The notes beneath the pieces were generated by a model. The model had not been told where the DNA came from. It searched no databases and saw nothing but the letters and a program-made list of their open reading frames with translations. From an uncultured Clostridia bacterium (lineage in GTDB: Bacteria > Acidobacteriota > Blastocatellia > HR10): a DNA stretch of 64,000 nt. Every line of letters begins with the position of its first letter. Position 1 is the first letter of the stretch. A program made the translations under genes and the position numbers. The DNA lies in contig CAZTMT010000005.1 of assembly GCA_964615335.1 (NCBI GenBank), forward strand, positions 107,104 to 171,103. Direction: 5' to 3'. Shown here piece after piece: positions 39,801 to 47,291 of this stretch.

Positions 39801-40700
39801 CTTGATCAAAGGCCCGCCGAGACTGCCGCCCTGATCGTTGCGGATGAAAATGGGGCGCCGGATCCTGCGAGCGTTATTGAACCAGCTATTGGCGTTAAGT
39901 GCCGAGTTCTCATGTTGCCAGAACAGCTCGCCGTGCCAGGCGTTGGTTCCCGATCGGGTGACGAACTGAATCTGCATGGCCCCTTGCCCGGTGCTGTTGG
40001 CGCCCAGATTGGACGTCGCCACGGTCACTTCCTGCACGGCCTCCAGACGGGGTACGACGAAAGCGAAGAAGCTCGTGCCGCCACTTTTGAATCGCTGGGC
40101 GTTGTTCGCAATCCCGTTGAGCGTGATGTTGAGCGCCGCACCCGGTAACCCGTTAATCGTGCTGTCGCGCGCCGTTACGCCTTGCTGCGCCCCCGCCATG
40201 AGCAGGGCGAAGGGCAGAGTGCTCCGACCCGGCAGCGGCAGATCCTGGAGATATTTCTGGTCCACCGTGTCGGAGATCGTGGAGGTCGTCGTGTGCAGCA
40301 CGGCCGCGCCGCCGACAACCTCAACGGTTTCAGAGACAGCGCCCACCTTCAGGGTGATCGTGACGTTGGTGGTGCGCGCCGCATTGACGACAATGCCTGT
40401 ATAAACCGCTGTCTCAAAACCAGACATCGTGGCTTTCAAGCTGTAGGTCCCGGGCGGGAGCGTCGGGAAAACAAATCCCCCCTCGGCATTGGAAAAGGTC
40501 GTCTGTGTGGCTTTCGTGTCCAGGTTCTGCAGCTCCACCCTGACGCCGGGAATGACGGCGCCAGCTGGGTCCTGCACCGTGCCGACGATCTGCCCTGTCG
40601 TCACCACTTGACCGAAGGCCACCCTGCTGAAAGCCCAGAGGGTCACAAGAAGCCACGTCGTGAGGGAAAGGCATGGGCCTCTTCGTCTTCTGGTCCGCAT
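36876..40700 (-). CDS. TonB-dependent receptor with N-terminal carboxypeptidase-regulatory-like domain
   Basis: Signal peptide. CarboxypepD_reg motif (GQIVGTVQDPAGAVIPGVRVEL...TNAEGGFVFPTLPPGTYSL). Plug and 22-strand barrel region. C-terminus ...FRLRLAF ends in Phe. RBS AAGGAGGAG. Confidence 0.9.
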   Translation of the reverse strand: MRTRRRRGPCLSLTTWLLVTLWAFSRVAFGQVVTTGQIVGTVQDPAGAVIPGVRVELQNLDTKATQTTFSNAEGGFVFPTLPPGTYSLKATMSGFETAVYTGIVVNAARTTNVTITLKVGAVSETVEVVGGAAVLHTTTSTISDTVDQKYLQDLPLPGRSTLPFALLMAGAQQGVTARDSTINGLPGAALNITLNGIANNAQRFKSGGTSFFAFVVPRLEAVQEVTVATSNLGANSTGQGAMQIQFVTRSGTNAWHGELFWQHENSALNANSWFNNARRIRRPIFIRNDQGGSLGGPLIKDRLFLFASYAYVNTPQSSEFEARVLTPAAQTGLFTYVGTDGVTRTVNLLQIAGQHGFPSRVNPTIAAQLQKIQSATSAGALSPFDLIRNRLRWVAPSPVTNHYPTLRIDYQVTEKLRISVSDTYNHNVNARGFRGTVLPGIFAQEQSVGQISNPYIANISATWTLRPNMINEFNFGIQSNQEIFNIGYNRDLFKPWLMNFPLGLASGLEAVNGLGFGITFQPRNNPVYNLVNNFHYQRGTHSFSFGGNYIRIDMYQSTLGDAGIPRFTFGVVSDDPVNAIFNSTTLPSIPNDARNDALALYALLVGRVSSVTKSVNVDEKTRQYVEDAPVVLRERQTLFGFYFQDSWRVHRSLTLNYGLRWDFQGDIFNTNGIYTSPTLLDLFGPSGVARGSSGLAPNLFAPGSLLGIAHPAIYQRSHAYRRDYINPAPHVGIAWNPKFSQGFLGRVLGDQKTVIRGGYSISYYSEGLLNFTNNAGNNPGLRQSGTLVPGVDFAPGSLHLGDPLPPFRMFPASFSFPLALANFTFTNTVISTIDPDIRAPYVQSWSLGLQRELTTSTAIEVRYVGNRGVRLWHTFNVNEVNIFENGFLREFLQAQKNLEVNLAQGRGPTFLNNGLPGQAAIPIFETAFAGLPAGQGFSNGSFITLLQTGQAGALANILASTPIYFCRLVGNAFGPCANLGFQTPGRYPINFFRLNPFLGTARVLSDNSFSNYNALQIEFRHRLSRGLTLNVNYTWAHALTDRYTKNVDNLSDFTTLRNRRLDYGPSPFDIRHVFQVFGTYDVPFGPGRRFSTTHPVLNSIAGGWTVGWIIRVQSGLPFKLSSGRATVNQSDAGVILNGVTTADLQKLVGVFKPSGRPDVFFLHPRLVGSDGRANPSFLSPPTTPGQFGSFIYLYGPRFATADLSLAKQIPIAGERVRMEFRAEMVNAFNHPVFEVPTGGTFAVTPISITATNFGRTTSTMTLPRQVQFRLRLAF

Positions 40701-40911
40701 CGTTTTCTCCTCCTTTCTTTCCGATCTTTCCGACCCCGCCACACTTCGGCCACAGTGTACAGGCGGTCTCCACCCGTTGTCTTGAACAATCCAAGTCCTT
40801 TTGGAACAGACTTAATGTCTTCTGAAACCAGCTCGCGAGTGCCCGGGTCGCGTCCGAACGGAAGGCCCAAGGGGAACGAACCCCTGTGCCGAAAGTTTTT
40901 ATATATTTTCG

Positions 40912-40941
40912 TTGACAAAGTCGCCTAACTTCGGCTATCCT
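40912..40941 (+). promoter_or_regulatory. Sigma70-type promoter (TTGACA-N18-TATCCT) for the reductase operon, giving a ~290-nt leader
   Basis: Lies in an AT-rich island (gaaagtttttatatattttcgTTGACAaag...) within otherwise GC-rich DNA. Confidence 0.5.
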
Positions 40942-40979
40942 CATACCGCTCGAGCGCACGGGATGGGAGGACTCAGACG

Positions 40980-41126
40980 ATGGCCTACGAAGGACGAAGC
41001 GACAGGCGGGCGGCGCTCGACAGAACGAACGCGCGTCGCCTGAAGAGCATCGCGGTCCTCTTCGTGCGAGGACCGTGGACATCCGAGCAGGGGAGCGCCC
41101 TGGCCGACGACGTCTGTTGTCGCTGA
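40980..41126 (+). CDS. Upstream ORF (48 aa) ending ...DDVCCR*, in the leader of the first reductase gene
   Basis: ATG at 40980 lies 9 nt after GGGAGG. Two consecutive Cys codons (TGT TGT) precede Arg-stop. Duplicated TTCCCCCCGA motifs follow at about 41150 and 41191. Confidence 0.35.
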   Translation: MAYEGRSDRRAALDRTNARRLKSIAVLFVRGPWTSEQGSALADDVCCR

Positions 41127-41234
41127 GTCTGCTGACGCCTTCCGACGATTCCCCCCGAATTGGGATTTGCTCTCAGGGAACCTTCCTTCCCCCCGAGGGG
41201 AGCGGAGGCGAATGATCATTTCTCGGGAGAGGGC

Positions 41235-42941
41235 ATGGGAGATCAACTCACGAGGGAAAAGAAGGAGAAGGAATCGAAGGCCGCGCGGATCGAACGGTTG
41301 AAGGCGGAGAAGAATCCGTGGGAGCATTTGGAGGAGATCCTCCGGTTCGCCCAAGAAGGACATGAGGCGATCCCGCGCGAATGGCTGGAGACATATTTTC
41401 GGTGGTGGGGAGTTTACACGCAGGGGGATGGGCGCGGCGTCTTCGGGCAGGCGACGCCGCATTTCATGCTGCGGATTCGCATCCCGAATGGCCTTCTTCT
41501 GGCGCATCAGCTTCGCACGATCGCCGATCTGGCCGAGCGGTACGCACGGGGTTTTGGCGACATCACGGTGCGTCAGAATATCCAACTGCACTGGGTGCGG
41601 ATCGAGGACATGCCGGATATTCTCTTCCGCCTCTTTCGCGTCGGATTGACGACGATGGGGGCCTGCGGCGATGACACGCGCAATATCACGGGGTGTCCCC
41701 TGGCGGGCGTGGATCGAGACGAGATTTGCGATGCCTCGCCCCTTGTTGTGCAGGCGACGCGTATGCTCGTCGGAGATGAGGCCTTTTACAATCTGCCGCG
41801 CAAGTTCAAGATCTGCATCACGGGGTGTCGCGTCTGGTGCTCCTATCCGGAGATCAACGACATCGGTCTGACGGCCATCGAGCGCGTGCGCGCCACTGGA
41901 GAGCGCGAGATCGGATTCTCGGTGCGCGTGGGAGGAGGGCTTTCGACAGCGCCCCATTTCGCCGTTCGCCTGAACGCCTTCGTCCGATGGTCGCAAGTCC
42001 TGCCGGTCATTCGCGGGATCGCCGAGATCTTTCGCGACAGCGACGTCCTGCGTCGGGATCGGGCGAAAGCGCGGTTGAAGTTTCTCTTCCTGGAGCACGG
42101 GTGGACGGCCGAGCGGTTTCAACAGGAGCTGGAGCAGCGCATCGGCTTTCGGCTCGATCCGGCGGTGGAGGAAGAGCCGCCGGATCATCCCTATCGAGAT
42201 CATGTGGGAATTCATCCGCAGAAGCAAGAGGGGTACTACTACGCGGGATTCGCCATCTTGCGGGGACGGATCACGGCGGAGCAGATGCGCCGCGCCGCCG
42301 ATCTGGCCGAGCGCTATGGGGACGGACAGCTCCGCACGACGAACATGCAGAATCTCATCGTGCTCAACATCCCGCAGGCACGGCTCGGGGCGTTCGTTCG
42401 AGAGGTCGAGGAGACGGATTTGCGCCTGGAGGCCTCCCCGTTCTGGCGCGGAGCGATCGCCTGCACGGGGACGGAGTTTTGCAAGTTGGCCATCGCGGAG
42501 ACCAAGAGCTTCGCGCGCTGGCTCGTCGAGGAGTTGGAGCGTCGCGTTCCCGAATTCGACGAGCCGATCAAGATCAACGTCAACGGGTGTCCGAATTCCT
42601 GCGGGCAGCACTGGATCGCGGACATCGGATTGCAGGGGTGCAAGATGAAGGTCGGAGGCGAGCAGGTGGATGCCTTCGACGTCTTGCTCGGGGGAGCTAT
42701 TGGCCGGGGGGCGACGTTCACTCGCCGCGTGGGATTCAAGGCTCCGGCGCGAGAGATCCCCGATGTCCTGGAACGCTTGCTTCGAGCGTATCTGGCCTGT
42801 CGGAGGCCGGGAGAGCGCTTCCATGAGTTCTGCCGCCGTCAGAGCGAGGCCGAGTTGCGCGCCCTGCTCGCCGGAGAGGTCGTGGAGGCTGCCGAAGCGC
42901 CCCCCTGGCCGGGTCCGCCTCCGCATGGCGTGGAGGGGTAA
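41235..42941 (+). CDS. Ferredoxin-dependent assimilatory sulfite/nitrite reductase (NirA/Sir family), paralog 1
   Basis: Two nitrite/sulfite-reductase ferredoxin-like half-domains. Siroheme/[4Fe-4S] Cys cluster motifs (TGCP...C; NGCPNSCGQHWIADIG). 568 aa from the ATG at 41235. Confidence 0.9.
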   Translation: MGDQLTREKKEKESKAARIERLKAEKNPWEHLEEILRFAQEGHEAIPREWLETYFRWWGVYTQGDGRGVFGQATPHFMLRIRIPNGLLLAHQLRTIADLAERYARGFGDITVRQNIQLHWVRIEDMPDILFRLFRVGLTTMGACGDDTRNITGCPLAGVDRDEICDASPLVVQATRMLVGDEAFYNLPRKFKICITGCRVWCSYPEINDIGLTAIERVRATGEREIGFSVRVGGGLSTAPHFAVRLNAFVRWSQVLPVIRGIAEIFRDSDVLRRDRAKARLKFLFLEHGWTAERFQQELEQRIGFRLDPAVEEEPPDHPYRDHVGIHPQKQEGYYYAGFAILRGRITAEQMRRAADLAERYGDGQLRTTNMQNLIVLNIPQARLGAFVREVEETDLRLEASPFWRGAIACTGTEFCKLAIAETKSFARWLVEELERRVPEFDEPIKINVNGCPNSCGQHWIADIGLQGCKMKVGGEQVDAFDVLLGGAIGRGATFTRRVGFKAPAREIPDVLERLLRAYLACRRPGERFHEFCRRQSEAELRALLAGEVVEAAEAPPWPGPPPHGVEG

Positions 42942-42942
42942 G

Positions 42943-43062
42943 ATGATTCCGACACTGTTCATCGAAGGGATCGCCGAAGGCCTCGTGCCCGAGGGAGCGA
43001 TCTGTTCGTGTATGTGTGCCAGCAGGCCGAGAGCGGGCCCTCCGCAGCGCTCTCCCGGATGA
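42943..43062 (+). CDS. Candidate leader peptide (39 aa) with C-S-C-M-C codon cluster
   Basis: ATG lies 2 nt after the paralog-1 stop and is preceded by GGAGGGG. Sequence is MIPTLFIEGIAEGLVPEGAICSCMCASRPRAGPPQRSPG*, with three Cys codons in five (43003-43017). It is followed by alternative hairpins and a terminator. Confidence 0.4.
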   Translation: MIPTLFIEGIAEGLVPEGAICSCMCASRPRAGPPQRSPG

Positions 43063-43087
43063 GCGCGGTGGACGGCAGAAGAAAGCG

Positions 43088-43124
43088 AGGCCCGCTCTCG
43101 GAGATTCCGAGGCGGGCCTTTTTG
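43088..43124 (+). terminator. Intrinsic terminator/attenuator between the two reductase genes
   Basis: Stem AGGCCCGCTCTCGG-agatt-CCGAGGCGGGCCT (13 bp, one bulge) followed by TTTTT. The 5' arm (43089-43101) is also perfectly complementary to 43027-43039 inside the leader ORF, giving an antiterminator alternative. Confidence 0.6.
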
Positions 43125-43146
43125 ATTCCGGATGGGAGGGGAAGCC

Positions 43147-44943
43147 ATGGGAGAAAAGGAACGTTTTGCTGAGCTGGAGCCACTTCTGGTCGGGCTGCCT
43201 CCGGAGGTGCAAGCCGAGATCCGTCGCTTCGCCGAAGAGATCGAGGCGTTTGAAGCCGGAGAGCGCGATCCGGAGGACTTCAAAAGGTTTCGTCTGGAGA
43301 ATGGCGTTTATGGGATTCGCGGAGCGCCGGAATGGCACATGGTGCGGGTGAAGGTGCGACTGGGACGCATCACGCCGGAGCAATTGGAGGCTTTGGCCGA
43401 TCTGGCGGACCGCTTCACGCCGAATCGGCGCGTGCATCTCACGACGCGGCAAGACATTCAATTTCACCGGGTGCGGCGCGAGGATGTTCCCCTTCTGCTC
43501 GCGCACATCGCGCGAGTGGGCCTGACGACGCGCGAGGCGTGCGGCAACACGGTGCGCAACGTCACGGCCTGTCCGCTGGCCGGCATCTCGCCGACCGAAG
43601 CCTTCGACGTGACGCCTTATGCCGATGCCGTCTCGCGCTACTTTCTGCGTCATCCGATCGCGCAGAACCTGCCGCGGAAATTTAAGATCGCCCTCGAGGG
43701 ATGCCGCCAGGATCACGCGCGCGTGAGGATCCACGACATCGGAGCGGTCGCCCTGGTGCGCGAGCGCGAGGGGGCGAAGGAGCGAGGCTTTCGCCTCTAC
43801 ATCGCCGGGGGATTGGGCGCGCAGCCGCGCGCGGCAGAGTTGTTGGAAGAGTTCACGCCGGCCGATCTGCTGATCCCCACCTGCGAAGCCATCCTCCGCG
43901 TCTTCGATCGGCATGGGGAGCGACGGCCCGAGCATACGTTCCGCATGCGCGCGCGGATGAAATTCCTGGCCCGACAGTGGGGGATCGAAAAGCTCCGCGA
44001 GGCGATCTTCGCTGAGCGTCGTGTGCTTCTGGCCACGCGTTCGGGTCTGGTCCGGTATGAAATCGCAGAGGAGCAAGAGGAGGAGCCTCCGGTCCTCGAA
44101 CTCCCGAGAGGGGGAGCGGCCGGCTGGTCATCGTCGCCCGACTACCAGCGGTGGCGGCAAGCGAACGTCCTGGCGCAGAAGCAGCCGGGCTACTACGCCG
44201 TCACCGTGCGCTGCGCGCTGGGGGATGTGACCAGCGACGCATTGCGTCATATCGCGCGCATTGCGCGCCGTTTCTGTGGCGGGCGCCTTCGGACGACGAT
44301 CGCGCAGAATTTTCTTCTCCGATGGGTCCCGGAAGCAGCCCTGCCCTACGTGTATCGCGAGCTGGCGGCCATAGGACTGGCCGAAGCCGATCAGCTTGCG
44401 GATATCACCCGCTGTCCGGGTGCCGATACGTGTCAACTGGCTCTCACGCGCTCGCGGGGTTTGGCCGAAGCGCTTCGTCAGGTATTGCGGAGCGACGGGT
44501 TCGGGGACATCCCGGAGCTTCAGGATCTCACCATTAAGATCTCCGGCTGCATGAATTCCTGCGGGCAGCATCACATCGCCGACCTCGGTTTCTATGGGGC
44601 GTCGAGCGGCGTGGATGGGCACGCGCTGCCCCAGTACGTTTTGCTCGTCGGAGGAGGCACAGGGTTTGAACGCGTCACATTCGGGCGGGCCCTTGCGCGC
44701 GTTCCGGCGCAGTGGGCTCCCGAGGCGGCCCGGCGCCTGCTCATGTTCTATCGGGAACAGCGATACGCGGGCGAATCCTTCCGGGAGTTCGTCGAGCGCG
44801 TCGGTGCCCCACGTCTTCGAGAGGTGCTCGCGCCCTTTGAACGCGTGCCTTCGTTTGAAGAAGCGCCCGAGCTGTATCGCGATCTCGGAGCCGAGGAGGA
44901 GGTCTTTCGCCCCGAGATCGGTCCGGGCGAGTGCGCCGCATGA
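43147..44943 (+). CDS. sir: Ferredoxin-dependent sulfite reductase (NirA/Sir family), paralog 2
   Basis: Same domain architecture as paralog 1 (ACGNTVRNVTACPLAG; GCMNSCGQHHIADLG). Adjacent to siroheme synthesis and cysH genes. RBS GGGAGGGG. Confidence 0.9.
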   Translation: MGEKERFAELEPLLVGLPPEVQAEIRRFAEEIEAFEAGERDPEDFKRFRLENGVYGIRGAPEWHMVRVKVRLGRITPEQLEALADLADRFTPNRRVHLTTRQDIQFHRVRREDVPLLLAHIARVGLTTREACGNTVRNVTACPLAGISPTEAFDVTPYADAVSRYFLRHPIAQNLPRKFKIALEGCRQDHARVRIHDIGAVALVREREGAKERGFRLYIAGGLGAQPRAAELLEEFTPADLLIPTCEAILRVFDRHGERRPEHTFRMRARMKFLARQWGIEKLREAIFAERRVLLATRSGLVRYEIAEEQEEEPPVLELPRGGAAGWSSSPDYQRWRQANVLAQKQPGYYAVTVRCALGDVTSDALRHIARIARRFCGGRLRTTIAQNFLLRWVPEAALPYVYRELAAIGLAEADQLADITRCPGADTCQLALTRSRGLAEALRQVLRSDGFGDIPELQDLTIKISGCMNSCGQHHIADLGFYGASSGVDGHALPQYVLLVGGGTGFERVTFGRALARVPAQWAPEAARRLLMFYREQRYAGESFREFVERVGAPRLREVLAPFERVPSFEEAPELYRDLGAEEEVFRPEIGPGECAA

Positions 44944-44954
44944 GGGAGGACGTT

Positions 44955-45782
44955 ATGAGTGAACGGCATCGGTTGGGGAAAGTCTATCTGGTCGGCGCGG
45001 GGCCGGGCGATCCGGGCCTTCTCACCGTGCGCGGCCTGGAGGTGCTCAGCACGTGCGATGTCGTCATCTACGACGCGCTCGTCAATGCGCGTCTGCTGAA
45101 CTACGCTCCTCCGGAAGCCGAGCGTCTCCCGGTTGGCCCTGCGCATGGCGCGCATCGCCTGACACAGGAGGAAATCCATCGGATCATGATCGAGCGCGCG
45201 CGGCGCGGTCTGATCGTCGTGCGCCTGAAGGGGGGAGATCCGTTCATCTTCGGGCGCGGGGGGGAGGAAGCGCTGGCCCTTCGCGAGGCGGGCATCCCGT
45301 GGGAGGTCATTCCCGGCGTCTCAGCCGGACAGGCCGTGGCCGCTTATGCGGGAATTCCGCTCACCCATCGCGGCCTCTCCTCCAGCGTCGCCTTCGTGAC
45401 AGGTCACGAGTGCGCCGACAAAACAACGCAGGTGAACTGGGAAGCGCTCGCCCGGGCCGTGGACACGCTGGTCGTCTTCATGGGCGCGCGGACCCTTCCG
45501 CAGATCGTCGCGCGGTTGCTCGAAGCCGGGCGTGCGCCCGAGACGCCCATCGCCGTCATCGAGTGGGGAACGTATCCGTATCAGCGCGTGCGCGTGGCGA
45601 CGCTGGCTACGATCTGCGAACGCACGGCCTGTGATCCCGTGTGCGCGCCGGCCTTGATCGTCATCGGGGAAGTCGTCGCGCTGCGGGAGGCGCTGGCCTG
45701 GTTTCCGACCGAGGAGGTTACAGCTTCTGTTCCAGAGCCGGAGGCTCTAGCGCTTCTCCTCAGCGAGGAGGTGGAGAGATGA
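44955..45782 (+). CDS. cobA: Uroporphyrinogen-III C-methyltransferase (SUMT)
   Basis: VYLVGAGPGDPGLLTVRG...VVRLKGGDPFIFGRGGEE is the class III SAM methyltransferase signature of CobA/CysG-C. Confidence 0.92.
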   Translation: MSERHRLGKVYLVGAGPGDPGLLTVRGLEVLSTCDVVIYDALVNARLLNYAPPEAERLPVGPAHGAHRLTQEEIHRIMIERARRGLIVVRLKGGDPFIFGRGGEEALALREAGIPWEVIPGVSAGQAVAAYAGIPLTHRGLSSSVAFVTGHECADKTTQVNWEALARAVDTLVVFMGARTLPQIVARLLEAGRAPETPIAVIEWGTYPYQRVRVATLATICERTACDPVCAPALIVIGEVVALREALAWFPTEEVTASVPEPEALALLLSEEVER

Positions 45783-46453
45783 GGTATTATCCGGCTTTTC
45801 TCGATCTGCGCGAGCGCGAGGTTCTGGTCGTCGGGGGAGGGAAGGTCGCCGAGCGCAAGGTGAAGACGCTGCTTGAAGTCGGAGCGCGCGTGCGCGTGGT
45901 CAGCCTCGATCTCACCCCCGCGCTCGCCGAGATGGCCGCTCTGGGCCAGATCGCTTATCGCGCGGGCGAGTTCGAAGACGCGGATCTGGAGGGCGTCTGG
46001 CTCGTCATCGGGGCGACGAACGATCCCCGGGCGAATCAACGCGTGGCCGAAGCGGCCGCCCGACATCGTCTCTTCTGCAACATCGTGGACGTTCCCGCGC
46101 TTTGTTCGTTTCTGGTCCCGGCTCTTATCGAGCGAGGGGATGTTTTGATCGCGATCTCCACGAGCGGGCAGAGTCCGGCCCTCGCGCAACGACTCAAGCG
46201 CGAGATCGAAATGATGATCGGTCCGGAGTATGGGCGGTTGGCGGAGCTGCTCGGGCGCCTGCGCGCATTCGTGAAGCAGAAGATTCCGGACGCCGAGCGA
46301 CGAGCTGACATATTCCATCGGCTCGTCCAGTCCGATCTCCCGGAGCGGCTTCGCGCCGAAAACCCCTCCAATGTGGAGCGCCATGCGCGCCAGCTCATCG
46401 AGCGCTGGATCGAAGAGGAATCTCATCAGAAGGAGGTGAACGAGTATGAGTGA
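45779..46453 (+). CDS. sirC: Precorrin-2 dehydrogenase / sirohydrochlorin ferrochelatase (SirC/CysG N-terminal domain-like)
   Basis: Rossmann motif VLVVGGGKVAERK. ATG overlaps the cobA stop (ATGA). Confidence 0.8.
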   Translation: MRYYPAFLDLREREVLVVGGGKVAERKVKTLLEVGARVRVVSLDLTPALAEMAALGQIAYRAGEFEDADLEGVWLVIGATNDPRANQRVAEAAARHRLFCNIVDVPALCSFLVPALIERGDVLIAISTSGQSPALAQRLKREIEMMIGPEYGRLAELLGRLRAFVKQKIPDAERRADIFHRLVQSDLPERLRAENPSNVERHARQLIERWIEEESHQKEVNEYE

Positions 46454-47225
46454 CGCCGTGTTTCAGGCAGAAGAGATTCGACATCTCAACGAGGAGTTCG
46501 AGAAGCGACCGCCTCAGGCGGTGCTCCAATGGGCTCTGGAGCGCTTTCATCCGCGGATCGCTCTGGCCTCAAGTTTCGGAGCGGAAGACGTTGTCCTCAT
46601 TGATATGCTCTGGCGGATGAATCCGCAAGCTCGCGTCTTCACGCTCGATACGTGGCGTTTGCCGACGGAGACCTACGAGGTCATAGATCGTATCCGCGAG
46701 CGCTATGGGATCGAGGTGGAGATCTACACGCCGGATCCCGAGGAGGTCACCGAGATGGTGCGCGCGCACGGGTACAACCTGATGTATCGCTCGATCGAGC
46801 TGCGCAAGCTCTGTTGCCACGTGCGGAAAGTGAAGCCTCTGGAGCGGGCGCTTGCGGGGCTGGATGCCTGGATCACGGGCTTGCGTCGCGAGCAGGCCGT
46901 GACGCGCGCGCACGTGACGAAGATCGAATGGGATGCGCAGCATGGGGGGCGTATGAAGGTGAATCCTCTGGCCGATTGGTCGTGGGATCAGGTCTGGGAG
47001 TACATTCGCCGACACAAGGTGCCGTACAATGCGCTGCACGATCGCGGATACCCCTCCATTGGATGCGCTCCGTGCACGCGAGCCGTTCGACCGGGCGAGG
47101 ATCCGCGCGCCGGACGATGGTGGTGGGAGCAAAATCCCGCCCTTCAGGAATGCGGGTTGCACGTCACTCCGGATCCGGCGCGCGTGGGAGTCGTTCTCCC
47201 GGAGACGCCTTCAGGACGCGGGTGA
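46446..47225 (+). CDS. cysH: Adenylylsulfate (APS)/PAPS reductase, thioredoxin-dependent, with Fe-S Cys motifs
   Basis: PP-loop (ASSFGAEDVVLIDM). Cys pairs CC...CxxC (LCCHVRK, GCAPCT) are typical of Fe-S APS reductases. C-terminal ECGLH catalytic Cys. Confidence 0.9.
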   Translation: MSDAVFQAEEIRHLNEEFEKRPPQAVLQWALERFHPRIALASSFGAEDVVLIDMLWRMNPQARVFTLDTWRLPTETYEVIDRIRERYGIEVEIYTPDPEEVTEMVRAHGYNLMYRSIELRKLCCHVRKVKPLERALAGLDAWITGLRREQAVTRAHVTKIEWDAQHGGRMKVNPLADWSWDQVWEYIRRHKVPYNALHDRGYPSIGCAPCTRAVRPGEDPRAGRWWWEQNPALQECGLHVTPDPARVGVVLPETPSGRG

Positions 47226-47291
47226 AAAAGATGCCCTCGCTCCTCCGGAGGACGTTCGCCGCGTGAGCATTTCCCAAACGAGTGAGGTGGG

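Noticed and set aside
40945-41234. SAM (S-box) riboswitch in the sulfite reductase leader
   Set aside because: No match to SAM-I conserved blocks (ATCAAGAG, GCAACC, GGTGC). Only a fortuitous GGGAGGACT.
40941-44076. Long minus-strand ORFs (780 aa at 40941..43283, 446 aa at 42736..44076) antisense to the reductase genes
   Set aside because: High-GC antisense artefacts. Both reductase genes have strong conserved motifs on the plus strand.
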